Source: Nitrospirota bacterium (GTDB lineage Bacteria > Nitrospirota > Thermodesulfovibrionia > SZUA-242). From it: a stretch of 64,000 bases of DNA. A program made the translations under genes and the position numbers. Position 1 is the stretch's first letter. Every line of letters starts with the position of its first letter. The notes beneath the pieces were generated by a model, which worked only from the letters and a program-made list of their open reading frames with translations, made no database searches and was not told where the DNA came from. Of the stretch, positions 1 through 9,620 are shown in pieces. The stretch spans positions 77,948 through 141,947 of the forward strand of contig JACRHH010000035.1 of assembly GCA_016212095.1 (NCBI GenBank), written 5' to 3'.

Positions 1-399
<399 letters not shown>

Positions 400-407
400 G
401 GATACAT

Positions 408-1946
408 ATGCACGACGAAAGCATTCTGGTTCTGGATTTCGGCTCGCAGTACACGCAGCTCATAGCGCGGCGCATACGCGAGGGCAAGGTCTATTCCGAG
501 ATCATGCCGTTTAACACGCCGATGGAGAAGATCCGGGCGTTCAGCCCCAAGGGCATTATCCTTTCCGGCGGGCCGTCGAGCGTTTACGACGTGGAAGCGC
601 CGATGATCCCGCGAGAGATATTCGACCTGGGCGTGCCGGTGCTCGGCATCTGCTACGGGATGCAGCTCATCGCGCATCTCACGGGCGGCAAGGTGTCCGC
701 TGCCGCGAAGCGCGAGTATGGCAGGGCGGAGCTTTTCATCGACGACGAGAGCGACCTTCTTTGGGGCATCTCAAGCCCGTCTGTTGTCTGGATGAGCCAC
801 GGCGACAGCATCGAAAAACTGCCGTCCGGATTCAAGGGCATAGCCCACACAGATAACGCGCCGGTTGCCGCCATAGCCAACGCCGCAAGCCGCGTTTACG
901 CCATACAGTTTCATCCGGAGGTTGCGCATACCGACGAGGGCGTCCGCATTCTTAACAACTTCGTTCACAAGATATGCGGCTGTTCCGGCACGTGGGAAAT
1001 GGCCTCGTTCATCGAGTCGCAGATCAGGCATATCCGGGAGCAGACGGCTGGCGAAAAGGTTATCTGCGCGCTTTCGGGCGGCGTGGATTCATCCGTGGCG
1101 GCGGTGCTGGTGCATCGGGCCATCGGCGACCGCCTGACCTGCATATTCGTTGACAACGGCCTGATGCGAAAGGGCGAAGCCGAAAAGGTTGTGGAGACCT
1201 TCGACCGCCATTTTCACATGAAGCTCGTGCATGTTGAGGCGCGGGAAAGATTTCTTGCGAAGCTTGCCGGAGTAACCGATCCGGAGCAGAAGCGCAAGAT
1301 CATCGGGCGCGAGTTCATCGCGGTCTTCGAGGAAGAGGCCCGGAAGTTCGGCGACGCCGGATTTCTGGTGCAAGGCACGCTCTACCCGGACGTGATCGAG
1401 AGTGTCTCGTTCAAGGGGCCGTCAGCCGTGATCAAGTCGCATCACAACGTTGGCGGCCTGCCGGACATAATGAAGCTGAAACTGATCGAGCCGCTGCGGG
1501 AGCTGTTCAAGGACGAGGTTCGCGAGATGGGGCGCGAGCTCGATCTTACAGAGGAGATCTGCTGGCGCCAGCCGTTTCCTGGGCCGGGGCTTGCGATACG
1601 CTGCCTTGGCGAGGTTTCGGAGGAACGGCTTCAAATCCTGCGCGAGGCCGACTTCATTCTGCTTTCGGAAATCAAGAAGGCCGGGCTTTACCGGAGCATC
1701 TGGCAGTCTTTCGCGGTGATTCTGCCTGTGAAGGCAGTGGGGGTGATGGGCGATGAGCGAACGTATGAAAACGTGATCGCGCTTCGGGCTGTGACCAGCG
1801 TTGACGGCATGACAGCCGACTGGGCGAAAATTCCCTACGATGTGCTGGGCACGATCTCAAACCGCATCATCAACGAGGTGCGCGGCGTGAACCGTGTTGT
1901 TTTCGACATCACCAGCAAGCCGCCCGGAACTATCGAGTGGGAATGA
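408..1946 (+). CDS. guaA: GMP synthase (glutamine-hydrolysing)
   Basis: [39 protein letters not shown]; start moved to ATG 408 ([10 protein letters not shown]). Confidence 0.97.
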   Translation: MHDESILVLDFGSQYTQLIARRIREGKVYSEIMPFNTPMEKIRAFSPKGIILSGGPSSVYDVEAPMIPREIFDLGVPVLGICYGMQLIAHLTGGKVSAAAKREYGRAELFIDDESDLLWGISSPSVVWMSHGDSIEKLPSGFKGIAHTDNAPVAAIANAASRVYAIQFHPEVAHTDEGVRILNNFVHKICGCSGTWEMASFIESQIRHIREQTAGEKVICALSGGVDSSVAAVLVHRAIGDRLTCIFVDNGLMRKGEAEKVVETFDRHFHMKLVHVEARERFLAKLAGVTDPEQKRKIIGREFIAVFEEEARKFGDAGFLVQGTLYPDVIESVSFKGPSAVIKSHHNVGGLPDIMKLKLIEPLRELFKDEVREMGRELDLTEEICWRQPFPGPGLAIRCLGEVSEERLQILREADFILLSEIKKAGLYRSIWQSFAVILPVKAVGVMGDERTYENVIALRAVTSVDGMTADWAKIPYDVLGTISNRIINEVRGVNRVVFDITSKPPGTIEWE

Positions 1947-1958
1947 ATTATTTTAAAA

Positions 1959-2001
1959 CCCCACCCATGCCCTCCCTTTCAGTGGAGGGGTTGGGGTGAG
2001 G
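1959..2001. repeat. REP-like GC-rich palindrome (family A)
   Basis: CCCTCCC-TTTCAGT-GGAGGGGTTGGGGTGAGG; reverse complement resembles the copy at 4530-4563. Confidence 0.55.
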
Positions 2002-2004
2002 TAA

Positions 2005-2748
2005 ATGGAAGAACGACTTCAAAAAATCCTTGCCGCAGCCGGAATAGCCTCGCGCCGCAAGGTCGAGGAGCTTATACGCGAGCACCGGGTAACGGTTAAC
2101 GGCAAGGTTGCCGAATTGGGCGACAAGGCCGATCCGCAGAAGGATCATATCAAGCTCGACGGCAAGCTGGTTACCTCCAGCGAGCCGAAGATCTATATCC
2201 TGATGAACAAGCCGCGCGGCGTTATAACGTCCGTCACCGATCCGGAGGGCCGCCCCACGGTTATGGACATGATTCCGGGCGTGAAGGTGCGCGTGTTTCC
2301 GGTTGGCCGGCTCGATTTTCATTCCGAGGGTCTTCTGATACTTACCAACGACGGCGAGCTTGCAAACAAGCTGATGCATCCGTCGTCGAAGCTGCCGAAA
2401 ACCTACATTGTGAAGGTGAAGGAGCCGCTTGGCGAGTCTGAAATAGAATTGCTGCGAAACGGCGTTTACCTTGACGACGGCAAGACCGCCCCGGCGGTTG
2501 TGAACAAGGTTAAACGCGCCACCGGCGAATGGATCGAGATTACAATTCACGAGGGCCGCAACAGGCAGGTGAGGCGCATGTTCGAACGCGTGGGGCATCT
2601 GCCGCAGCGCCTTAAGCGTGTGTCGATAGGCCCGATAAAAATTGGCAACATGAAGGCTAGCGAAACCAGAATAATGACCGAGGAAGAAGTCTCGGCGTTA
2701 AGAAAAGCTGTCGGAGCACAGCGAGCGGGGAGGAACAAGACAAAATGA
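2005..2748 (+). CDS. rluB: 23S rRNA pseudouridine synthase, RsuA/RluB family
   Basis: S4 domain [16 protein letters not shown], catalytic [14 protein letters not shown]. Confidence 0.88.
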   Translation: MEERLQKILAAAGIASRRKVEELIREHRVTVNGKVAELGDKADPQKDHIKLDGKLVTSSEPKIYILMNKPRGVITSVTDPEGRPTVMDMIPGVKVRVFPVGRLDFHSEGLLILTNDGELANKLMHPSSKLPKTYIVKVKEPLGESEIELLRNGVYLDDGKTAPAVVNKVKRATGEWIEITIHEGRNRQVRRMFERVGHLPQRLKRVSIGPIKIGNMKASETRIMTEEEVSALRKAVGAQRAGRNKTK

Positions 2749-4511
2749 AACGAACTCACACCTGCGGGGCGCTCCGCGTGGAGCATGTGGATCAGGAGGT
2801 CAAGCTTACCGGCTGGGCATGGCGAAGGCGCGACCACGGCGGCCTTGTTTTTGTGGATCTCCGCGACCGAACCGGCGTTGTGCAGGTTGTCATCAGCCCC
2901 GAAACCGCGCCCGAAGCCCACGCAGCCGCGCACGACGTGCGGAACGAGTTCGTGCTTCATATTACCGGAAGGGTGCGCCACCGGCCCGACGGAACCGAAA
3001 ATCCGGCGATAGCAACCGGGCTTGTGGAAGTTGAGGCGAGCGCGCTTGTTGTGCTGAACGAATCGAAGGCGCTTCCGTTTCTTATTGACGAGGGGCCGGA
3101 GCCGTCCGAATCGCTTCGCCTGAAGCACCGCTATCTTGATCTTCGCCGTCCGTCTGTGCAGAAGCGGCTTTTCATGCGAAGCGCTGTGGCGTCGGCCATC
3201 CGCCGGCATCTTGACGGCGAGGGATTTATCGAGGTTGAAACGCCGGTGCTGAACAAATCAACGCCGGAGGGCGCGCGCTATTATCTTGTGCCGAGCCGCG
3301 TGAATCCGGGCTGTTTTTTCGCGCTTCCGCAGTCGCCACAGCTTTTCAAGCAGATTCTGATGATCGCCGGTTTCGAGCGCTATTTCCAGATAGTTAAGTG
3401 CTTCCGCGACGAAGACCTCCGCGCCGACCGCCAGCCGGAATTCACGCAGGTGGATCTTGAGATGTCGTTTGTTGACGAAAACGACGTCATGGCCGTAACC
3501 GAGGGCATGATCCGCGAGGCGTTCAGAAGCGTTCACGGAATAGACGTGGGGGCGATTCCGCGCATGACGTTTCGCGACGCGATGGACAGGTTCGGCTCCG
3601 ACAAGCCCGACACCCGGTTCGCGCTCGAAATCCGCGACATGTGCGATCTTGCGGGCCAGAGCGGTTTCAAGGTTTTTCTCGACACCGTTTCCTCCGGCGG
3701 ACAGGTTCGCGCCATTTGCGTGCCCGGCATAACCGGATATTCCCGCAAAGAGATGGACACGCTAACCGCCGAGGCTCAGGGCTACGGGGCAAAAGGGCTT
3801 GCATGGATACGGGTGAAGGAGGGCGGCTTCGAGTCGCCGATAACCAAGTTCTTCACGCCCGAAATCCTTCAGGGCATGGCCGAGCGGCTTGACGCGTTCG
3901 AGGGCGACACGATGCTTTTCGTTGCCGACAGTCCTAAGATCGTGGCCGACACCCTTGGAAAACTGCGGCTTTCGCTTGGCGCGAGGCTTGGGCTGATTCC
4001 CGAAAAAACATTCAAGTTCCTTTGGGTTACTGACTTTCCTCTCCTTGAGTGGGATGAGGAGGAGAAGCGCTGGCAGGCAATGCACCATCCGTTCACCTCG
4101 CCCATGGAGGCGGACATGGCGAAATTCATGTCGGGCGAAGATATGGGATCGATCCGGGCGCGCGCATACGACCTTGTGCTGAACGGCTTCGAGATAGGCG
4201 GCGGAAGCATACGAATTCACCGCTCCGATGTTCAGAGCCGCATGTTCGAACTGCTCGGCATAGGAGATGAAGAGGCGCGGGCGAAGTTCGGGTTCATGCT
4301 CGATGCGCTGGAATTCGGCGCGCCGCCGCACGGCGGGCTTGCGCTGGGGCTCGACCGCCTCGTTATGCTCATGGCCGGAGCCGCGTCCATCCGCGACGTG
4401 ATTGCGTTTCCCAAGACTCAGAAGGCGGCATGTCCGCTAACGGATGCGCCTTCGCAGGTTGACGCGAAACAGTTGAAGGAGCTGCATCTTAAGCTGGCGA
4501 CGCTGGATTGA
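2745..4511 (+). CDS. aspS: Aspartate-tRNA ligase, probably non-discriminating (Asp/Asn)
   Basis: [15 protein letters not shown] (His signature), [33 protein letters not shown]. Confidence 0.97.
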   Translation: MKRTHTCGALRVEHVDQEVKLTGWAWRRRDHGGLVFVDLRDRTGVVQVVISPETAPEAHAAAHDVRNEFVLHITGRVRHRPDGTENPAIATGLVEVEASALVVLNESKALPFLIDEGPEPSESLRLKHRYLDLRRPSVQKRLFMRSAVASAIRRHLDGEGFIEVETPVLNKSTPEGARYYLVPSRVNPGCFFALPQSPQLFKQILMIAGFERYFQIVKCFRDEDLRADRQPEFTQVDLEMSFVDENDVMAVTEGMIREAFRSVHGIDVGAIPRMTFRDAMDRFGSDKPDTRFALEIRDMCDLAGQSGFKVFLDTVSSGGQVRAICVPGITGYSRKEMDTLTAEAQGYGAKGLAWIRVKEGGFESPITKFFTPEILQGMAERLDAFEGDTMLFVADSPKIVADTLGKLRLSLGARLGLIPEKTFKFLWVTDFPLLEWDEEEKRWQAMHHPFTSPMEADMAKFMSGEDMGSIRARAYDLVLNGFEIGGGSIRIHRSDVQSRMFELLGIGDEEARAKFGFMLDALEFGAPPHGGLALGLDRLVMLMAGAASIRDVIAFPKTQKAACPLTDAPSQVDAKQLKELHLKLATLD

Positions 4512-4529
4512 GGTAAGAACTGCCCCTGA

Positions 4530-4563
4530 CCTCACCCCCGGCCCCTCTCCTGAAGGAGAGGGG
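4530..4563. repeat. REP-like palindrome (family A)
   Basis: CCTCACCCCCGGCCCCTCTCCTGAAGGAGAGGGG; the 20-bp core recurs inverted at 6227-6246. Confidence 0.7.
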
Positions 4564-4578
4564 AGCAGAAAGAAACAC

Positions 4579-4623
4579 CTCCCCTTGCCCCGCTCAATGA
4601 GGTGGGTGGCGCAGCCGGGGGAG
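4579..4623. repeat. REP-like branched palindrome (family B)
   Basis: CTCCCCTTGCCCCGCTCAATGAGGTGGGTGGCGCAGCCGGGGGAG; homologous copy at 34393-34441. Confidence 0.7.
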
Positions 4624-4685
4624 TTTTTAAGAGGACAGGACTGGCATCATTTACACAATAGGCGCACGGTATTAGAATTATCTGA

Positions 4686-6161
4686 ATGAAAAGATTTCTG
4701 GCAGTTTTACTGCTTGCGGCGGGAGTCGCGGGCGGGTTCTATGCCGGCACGCGCCACGCGAAGCGCTCGCCGGATCGTCTTTTTTCACCCCTCTCCGCAG
4801 TTGAAGCGCCGGAACAGCTTCGCGAGACGGGCCACGCATTTTCCGAGATCGTGAGGGCGGCAAGCCCTGCGGTTGTCAATCTCTCCACGGTCAAGGTTTT
4901 CGATCAGGCGGCGCGGCTTCAGCCGTTCATGAGCGAGCCGTTTTTCCGCGATTTCCTTGCTCCTCCCGGTCGCGGTTTCGGCGAGCGCCGCAGCTTCAAG
5001 GAGCAGAGCATGGGTTCGGGCGTGATCGTTTCCGCCGACGGTTACATACTTACAAACAGCCATGTCGTGGAGGATGTTGACGAGATAACGGTTACGCTCC
5101 ACGACCGCCGCGAATACCGGGCAGAAGTCGTCGGCGCCGACCCCAAGACCGATCTTGCCGTCATCCGGATTGCCAAGAAAGGGCTCTCCACCATCAAGTG
5201 GGGCGATTCCGACGGCCTTCAGGTTGGAGAATTCGTGCTTGCCATCGGCAGTCCGTTCGGGCTTGCCCGAACCGTTACCATGGGCATTATCAGCGCCACT
5301 GGCCGGGCCGATGTAGGAATCGCCGATTACGAGGATTTCATACAGACGGACGCGGCGATCAATCCGGGCAATTCGGGCGGGCCGCTTGTGAACATCCGCG
5401 GCGAGCTTGTGGGCATAAACACCGCGATCTTCTCGAAAAGCGGCGGCTATCAGGGCATAGGCTTCGCCGTTCCGGGCAACATGGCGAAAAGCGTTATGGA
5501 ACAGCTTGTGCGCGACGGACGGGTGAGCAGGGGCTGGCTTGGAGTGATAATTCAGGATGTGACACCCGGCATTGCCGCCGGTTTCGGGCTCTCCGATGTT
5601 CGCGGCGCGCTTGTTGGTGATGTGTCTGAGGGAAGCCCGGCGGAGCGTTCGGGGCTTCATCGTGGCGACATAGTGATCGAATTCGGAGGTAAAAAGGTGA
5701 GGGACGTTGCATCGTTTCGGAACATGGTTGCGTCCACCCCGGTTGGGCGGCATGTGCCTATGCTTGTCTGGCGAGACGGCAAACAGGCGCGCCTCGCTGT
5801 TGAGATAGTGGAACTTCCGACCGATTCCCGCGAACGCGAGCCGGTTTCACCGCGCAGGCACGAGCCTTCAAGCCCGAAGACCCCGCTCGGCATGAGCGTG
5901 ATCGGGCTTTCGCGCGATGTTGCCCGCCAGCTCGACATCGCGCCGGGAGAGCGCGGCGTGGTTGTGGCGCGCGTGGAGCCGGGCGGGCCTGCCGACGAGG
6001 CGGGGCTTCGCAAGGGAGACGTGATCCATGAAATCAATAGCGTTAAAATATCAGCCGTGCGAGACTTCGACCGCGCGCTTATGACCGTGCGAAGGGACAA
6101 ACCCGCGCTATTGTACGTCAGCCGGGCCGGGCGGCGGTTTTACGTGTCCATCACCGAATAA
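4686..6161 (+). CDS. Do/DegQ (HtrA) family serine endoprotease with two PDZ domains
   Basis: Signal/anchor, TNSHVV, TDLAV, QTDAAINPGNSGGPL, two PDZ domains. Confidence 0.95.
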   Translation: MKRFLAVLLLAAGVAGGFYAGTRHAKRSPDRLFSPLSAVEAPEQLRETGHAFSEIVRAASPAVVNLSTVKVFDQAARLQPFMSEPFFRDFLAPPGRGFGERRSFKEQSMGSGVIVSADGYILTNSHVVEDVDEITVTLHDRREYRAEVVGADPKTDLAVIRIAKKGLSTIKWGDSDGLQVGEFVLAIGSPFGLARTVTMGIISATGRADVGIADYEDFIQTDAAINPGNSGGPLVNIRGELVGINTAIFSKSGGYQGIGFAVPGNMAKSVMEQLVRDGRVSRGWLGVIIQDVTPGIAAGFGLSDVRGALVGDVSEGSPAERSGLHRGDIVIEFGGKKVRDVASFRNMVASTPVGRHVPMLVWRDGKQARLAVEIVELPTDSREREPVSPRRHEPSSPKTPLGMSVIGLSRDVARQLDIAPGERGVVVARVEPGGPADEAGLRKGDVIHEINSVKISAVRDFDRALMTVRRDKPALLYVSRAGRRFYVSITE

Positions 6162-6202
6162 ACTATGGCACCGAATAAACTATGGCACCGAATAAACTAT
6201 GT
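6152..6202 (+). repeat. Tandem repeat, 3 x 17 bp, overlapping the HtrA stop codon
   Basis: CACCGAATAAACTATGG twice plus CACCGAATAAACTATGT. Confidence 0.95.
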
Positions 6203-6226
6203 CACACGCGGTAAGCAACCATTTAA

Positions 6227-6256
6227 CCCTCTCCTTCAGGAGAGGGCAGGGTGCGG
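6227..6256. repeat. REP-like palindrome (family A, inverted)
   Basis: CCCTCTCCTTCAGGAGAGGG is the exact reverse complement of 4543-4562. Confidence 0.7.
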
Positions 6257-6279
6257 CAGGTGAAATGGGGGCATAACGG

Positions 6280-7281
6280 GTGGGGCTTCGCATCGGTTTT
6301 GTGATAGTCGCTTCGATCATCGGCCTTGTTGCTGGTGAGCTGAACGGGCGCATGTGGCTTGGCCTGATGCTTGCCCTCTGCGCTTCGGCAGCCGCGATAA
6401 ATCTGGAAATCATGCTCAGGCGCTTGAGCGTGTGGGCGTTCATCGGCTCAACAGCCGGACTGGCGCTCGGCTCGTTTGCGGCCTGGCTTGTGAGCTTTCC
6501 TCTTGCGGCCATTCCGGAGACCGACAGCCTTTACCTGGACGTCATCCTCTATCTGCTTCTTGGATACAGCGGTCTTGCGATCGGCCTTGCGCGCGGGCGC
6601 GATTTTTCGCTTTCGCGCTACATCCGGTTATTAACCGGCCAGACTGGCCAGACAGGACGAACCGGAAAGGCAGGACACACAGGCGGCGAAACGCTGAAGA
6701 TCGTTGACACAAGCGCGCTTATCGACGGGCGTATCGCCGATGTCTGTGAATCCGGATTCATCGAAGGGCCGTTTGTCGTGCCGCAGTTCGTGCTTCACGA
6801 GATGCAGCTTGTGGCCGATTCATCCGATCCGGTCAGGCGCGCGCGTGGACGGCACGGACTCGACATCCTCCAGCGCATGCGCAATATGGCGGGCATCGAT
6901 GTGCGGATAGCCGGGGAGGATTACCCCGGACTAAGCGAGGTGGACGACAAGCTGGTGGCGCTTGCAAGGTCGATGAACGGAAAGGTTCTGACAAACGATT
7001 TCAATCTGGGCAAGGTATGCGAGGTTCAGGACGTGCCGGTTTTGAACGTGAACGTTCTGGCAGGCGCGCTCAGGCCGGTGATGATTCCGGGCGAAACTAT
7101 GCCGGTTGCGATTGTGAAGGAAGGCAAGGAGCCGGGGCAGGGAGTGGCTTATCTGGACGACGGCACCATGGTTGTGGTTGAAAACGGGCGGGAACTGCTG
7201 GGCCGGACTGCTGATGTTTCCGTGACGAGCGTCATCCAGACCGCAGCCGGACGGATGATATTTGCGAAACTGAGGGACTGA
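6280..7281 (+). CDS. Membrane-anchored PIN/TRAM domain protein (YacL family)
   Basis: N-terminal TM helices, KIVDTSALIDGRI, TNDFNL, GKEPGQGVAYLDDGTMVVVE, QTAAGRMIFA. Confidence 0.9.
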   Translation: MGLRIGFVIVASIIGLVAGELNGRMWLGLMLALCASAAAINLEIMLRRLSVWAFIGSTAGLALGSFAAWLVSFPLAAIPETDSLYLDVILYLLLGYSGLAIGLARGRDFSLSRYIRLLTGQTGQTGRTGKAGHTGGETLKIVDTSALIDGRIADVCESGFIEGPFVVPQFVLHEMQLVADSSDPVRRARGRHGLDILQRMRNMAGIDVRIAGEDYPGLSEVDDKLVALARSMNGKVLTNDFNLGKVCEVQDVPVLNVNVLAGALRPVMIPGETMPVAIVKEGKEPGQGVAYLDDGTMVVVENGRELLGRTADVSVTSVIQTAAGRMIFAKLRD

Positions 7282-7328
7282 ATATGTTGCTGACTATTTT
7301 GGGCAATACATAAAGGAGCATGACTTGC

Positions 7329-7826
7329 ATGGCAGACGATCATTCATTCGACATAGTTTCGAAGGTTGACCTTACCGAGGTTGAAAACGCGGTGAATCAG
7401 GCGCTAAAGGAGATTCTGGCGCGTTTCGATTTCAAGGGAACCAAAACCCGTATCGAGCTGGAAAAGGCGAAAAACGAGCTTGTCATCCTGTCGGACGACG
7501 AGTACAAGCTGAAAAACGTTATCGACGTGCTGAAAAACTGGCTTGCCAAGCGCAAGGTTCCGCTCATGGCGCTTCAGTTTGAAAAGGTTGAGCAGGCGCT
7601 GGCCGGAACTGTGCGCCAGACTGTGAAGTTGCAGCAGGGCATTGCGATGGAAAAGGCCAAGGAGATCGTCAAGGCGGTAAAGGACAGCAAGATGAAGGTG
7701 CAGAGCGAAATACAGAAGGATCAGGTGCGCGTGCGCGGCAAGAAGATCGACGACCTTCGGGCCGTGATGGACATGCTGAACGCAAAGGATTTCGGCATAC
7801 ACATGGAGTTTGTGAACTACCGGTAG
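7329..7826 (+). CDS. yajQ: YajQ family nucleotide/c-di-GMP-binding protein
   Basis: SFDIVSKVD, RFDFKG, QVRVRGKKIDDL, FVNYR. Confidence 0.93.
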   Translation: MADDHSFDIVSKVDLTEVENAVNQALKEILARFDFKGTKTRIELEKAKNELVILSDDEYKLKNVIDVLKNWLAKRKVPLMALQFEKVEQALAGTVRQTVKLQQGIAMEKAKEIVKAVKDSKMKVQSEIQKDQVRVRGKKIDDLRAVMDMLNAKDFGIHMEFVNYR

Positions 7827-7829
7827 CCG

Positions 7830-8351
7830 ATGTCTTCCGGCGAAGAGTACGTGGAGGTTGTGAGCGAGGACGGCGTGTCTGTCGGCATCGCGCTTCGCAG
7901 ATACGCGCATTCCGATCCGTCTATTCTTCACCGCGTGGTTCATGTGCTGGTGTTCAACGGCAAGGGCGAGCTGCTTCTTCAGAAACGCTCGATGAACAAG
8001 GACATCGGGCCGGGCCTATGGGATGTTTCGGTTGGCGGACATCTTGTTCCGGGTGAAACAGTTGCGGATGCGGCGCGGCGCGAGATGCGCGAGGAGCTCG
8101 GCATCGAATTCGCCGACATCAGGTTTTTGTACGAGCATATTTTCCGCAACGACGAGGAGAGCGAATTCGTATCGACATTCGAATGCGTTTACAACGGCGC
8201 GGTATTCCCGAACATCGAGGAGATCGACGAAGCCGCGTTTTTCAGCCTCGACCGGATAAACAGCCTGATCGGTGACAATATTACCGGCGAATACTTTTTT
8301 ACGGAGCATTTCGAGCATGAGATCATGCTCTATCAAGAACTTACAGGATGA
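7830..8351 (+). CDS. NUDIX hydrolase (IDI/YfcD-like)
   Basis: LHRVVHVLVFN, LLLQKRS, Nudix box GGHLVPGETVADAARREMREELG. Confidence 0.88.
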   Translation: MSSGEEYVEVVSEDGVSVGIALRRYAHSDPSILHRVVHVLVFNGKGELLLQKRSMNKDIGPGLWDVSVGGHLVPGETVADAARREMREELGIEFADIRFLYEHIFRNDEESEFVSTFECVYNGAVFPNIEEIDEAAFFSLDRINSLIGDNITGEYFFTEHFEHEIMLYQELTG

Positions 8352-8355
8352 CCAG

Positions 8356-8898
8356 ATGAAACCGAAATTCTTGAATTTAATCGTAGCTGCCGGGCTTCTG
8401 CTTGCGCTTGCATCCTGCCAGAAGGCGAGCCAGACCGATGCCCCGGCGACACCGGCGCTGGCGCGCGTGGCAACCGTGGGCCAACCCGCGCCCGACTTCA
8501 CGCTTCGCGACCTGCAGGGCGGTGTTCACAGGCTGTCGGCATTAAAGGGAAATGTTGTGTTCGTGAATTTCTGGGCCACGTGGTGTCCGCCGTGCCGCTC
8601 CGAAATGCCGGACATGCAGACGCTAAACAACGAGATGGCGGCGGCTGGAAAGCCGTTTCAGATGCTTGCGATTCTTTACAACACAGAACCGCAACTTGGC
8701 GCTAACTTCGTGACAAGGTACGGATACAAATTCCCGGTTCTGCTCGACCCGGCAAATGAGGCGTCGCAGGCCTACGGAATAACCGGCGTGCCTGAAACCT
8801 ACATTGTGGATAAAAACGGGATCCTGCGGGAAAAATTCCTTGGCCCGCTGCCGTGGAACAGCCCGGAGGCCAAGGCGATGCTGAACAAGTATATGTAA
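8356..8898 (+). CDS. TlpA/ResA-like thiol-disulfide oxidoreductase lipoprotein
   Basis: Lipobox LASC, APDFTL, NFWATWCPPCRSEMP, GVPET. Confidence 0.9.
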   Translation: MKPKFLNLIVAAGLLLALASCQKASQTDAPATPALARVATVGQPAPDFTLRDLQGGVHRLSALKGNVVFVNFWATWCPPCRSEMPDMQTLNNEMAAAGKPFQMLAILYNTEPQLGANFVTRYGYKFPVLLDPANEASQAYGITGVPETYIVDKNGILREKFLGPLPWNSPEAKAMLNKYM

Positions 8899-8905
8899 AC
8901 GGCTG

Positions 8906-9328
8906 TTATAGTGTTTTCGGCGGCATGATTAGCGGTATCGCATCGCGGCCATGCCTTCGATATATCTCGAAGTCCGAATCGAGCGTGCAGACCGGCAGCT
9001 CCGAGATTTCCGACAGGCGGACAAGACAGGCATCCGCCAGCGACATCGGCAGGTTCCGGTAGCGGCTCATTAAAACGGAAATTTCCGGGGCCTCGGCATC
9101 TAGATGCAGTCCCACGCGCAGTATTCCGTCCCTGACTTTTTCAACAAGCCGCCATGGGGGAATGTTCTGCCGTGCCATCAGGAAGCAGGTTTCTGCAAGA
9201 ACCGGCTCGCATGTGATAACCGGGCCGATAAACGTGGAAAACTGCTCCACCGCCCACCTGTGCCGCGCCTCATTGGCGCAAAAATACGCCACCAGCGGCC
9301 CGGTGTCCATCAAAACGCCCTTGGTCAC
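8906..9328 (-). CDS. VapC-like PIN-domain toxin
   Basis: VLMDTGPLVA, CEPVLAE, MSLADACLV, TLDSDF; GTG start overlaps antitoxin stop (GTGA). Confidence 0.85.
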   Translation of the reverse strand: MTKGVLMDTGPLVAYFCANEARHRWAVEQFSTFIGPVITCEPVLAETCFLMARQNIPPWRLVEKVRDGILRVGLHLDAEAPEISVLMSRYRNLPMSLADACLVRLSEISELPVCTLDSDFEIYRRHGRDAIPLIMPPKTL

Positions 9329-9579
9329 CGTCCGAAATCTTCCAGATACTTCGGATTGGTGGCGTAATCCGGCGGAGCGTCTTCGGCTATGCCGCAACAA
9401 TCGCGCATGAGTTCGTGAAGCGACGGAGCGTAAGAGGGTGAAGCTTTTGGCGGCTCCGGCGACTCAAGCACACGGCGCAACCCGTCTTCAACCAAGTCCT
9501 TGAGTTTGCGGCCCCTGAGCGCGGCATCCGCCTTCGCCTTGCGGAATAATTCGTCGGGAATGTCGATTGTGGTTCTCAT
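9325..9579 (-). CDS. RHH-type (VapB-like) antitoxin
   Basis: MRTTIDIPDELFRKAKA ribbon-helix-helix pattern; immediately upstream of PIN gene. Confidence 0.8.
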   Translation of the reverse strand: MRTTIDIPDELFRKAKADAALRGRKLKDLVEDGLRRVLESPEPPKASPSYAPSLHELMRDCCGIAEDAPPDYATNPKYLEDFGR

Positions 9580-9580
9580 G

Positions 9581-9604
9581 AAGCATATTCGCACATTTAT
9601 GCTT
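9581..9604. promoter_or_regulatory. Inverted repeat, probable antitoxin operator
   Basis: AAGCATA-N10-TATGCTT just upstream of the antitoxin ATG, next to TTGACG on the minus strand. Confidence 0.55.
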
Positions 9605-9620
9605 TTTCGTCAAGCGGCGT

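Noticed and set aside
4640..4660. sigma54 promoter upstream of HtrA (TGGCAT...)
   Set aside because: There is no TTGC at the required -12 spacing.
4785..5753. Long antisense ORFs (also 17329-18330, 22255-23259, 48999-50048, 52373-53305)
   Set aside because: They lie opposite well-supported genes in GC-rich DNA and show no recognisable motifs.
6152..6202. Possible mini CRISPR array
   Set aside because: The units are contiguous 17-mers with no spacers, and there are no cas genes in the window.
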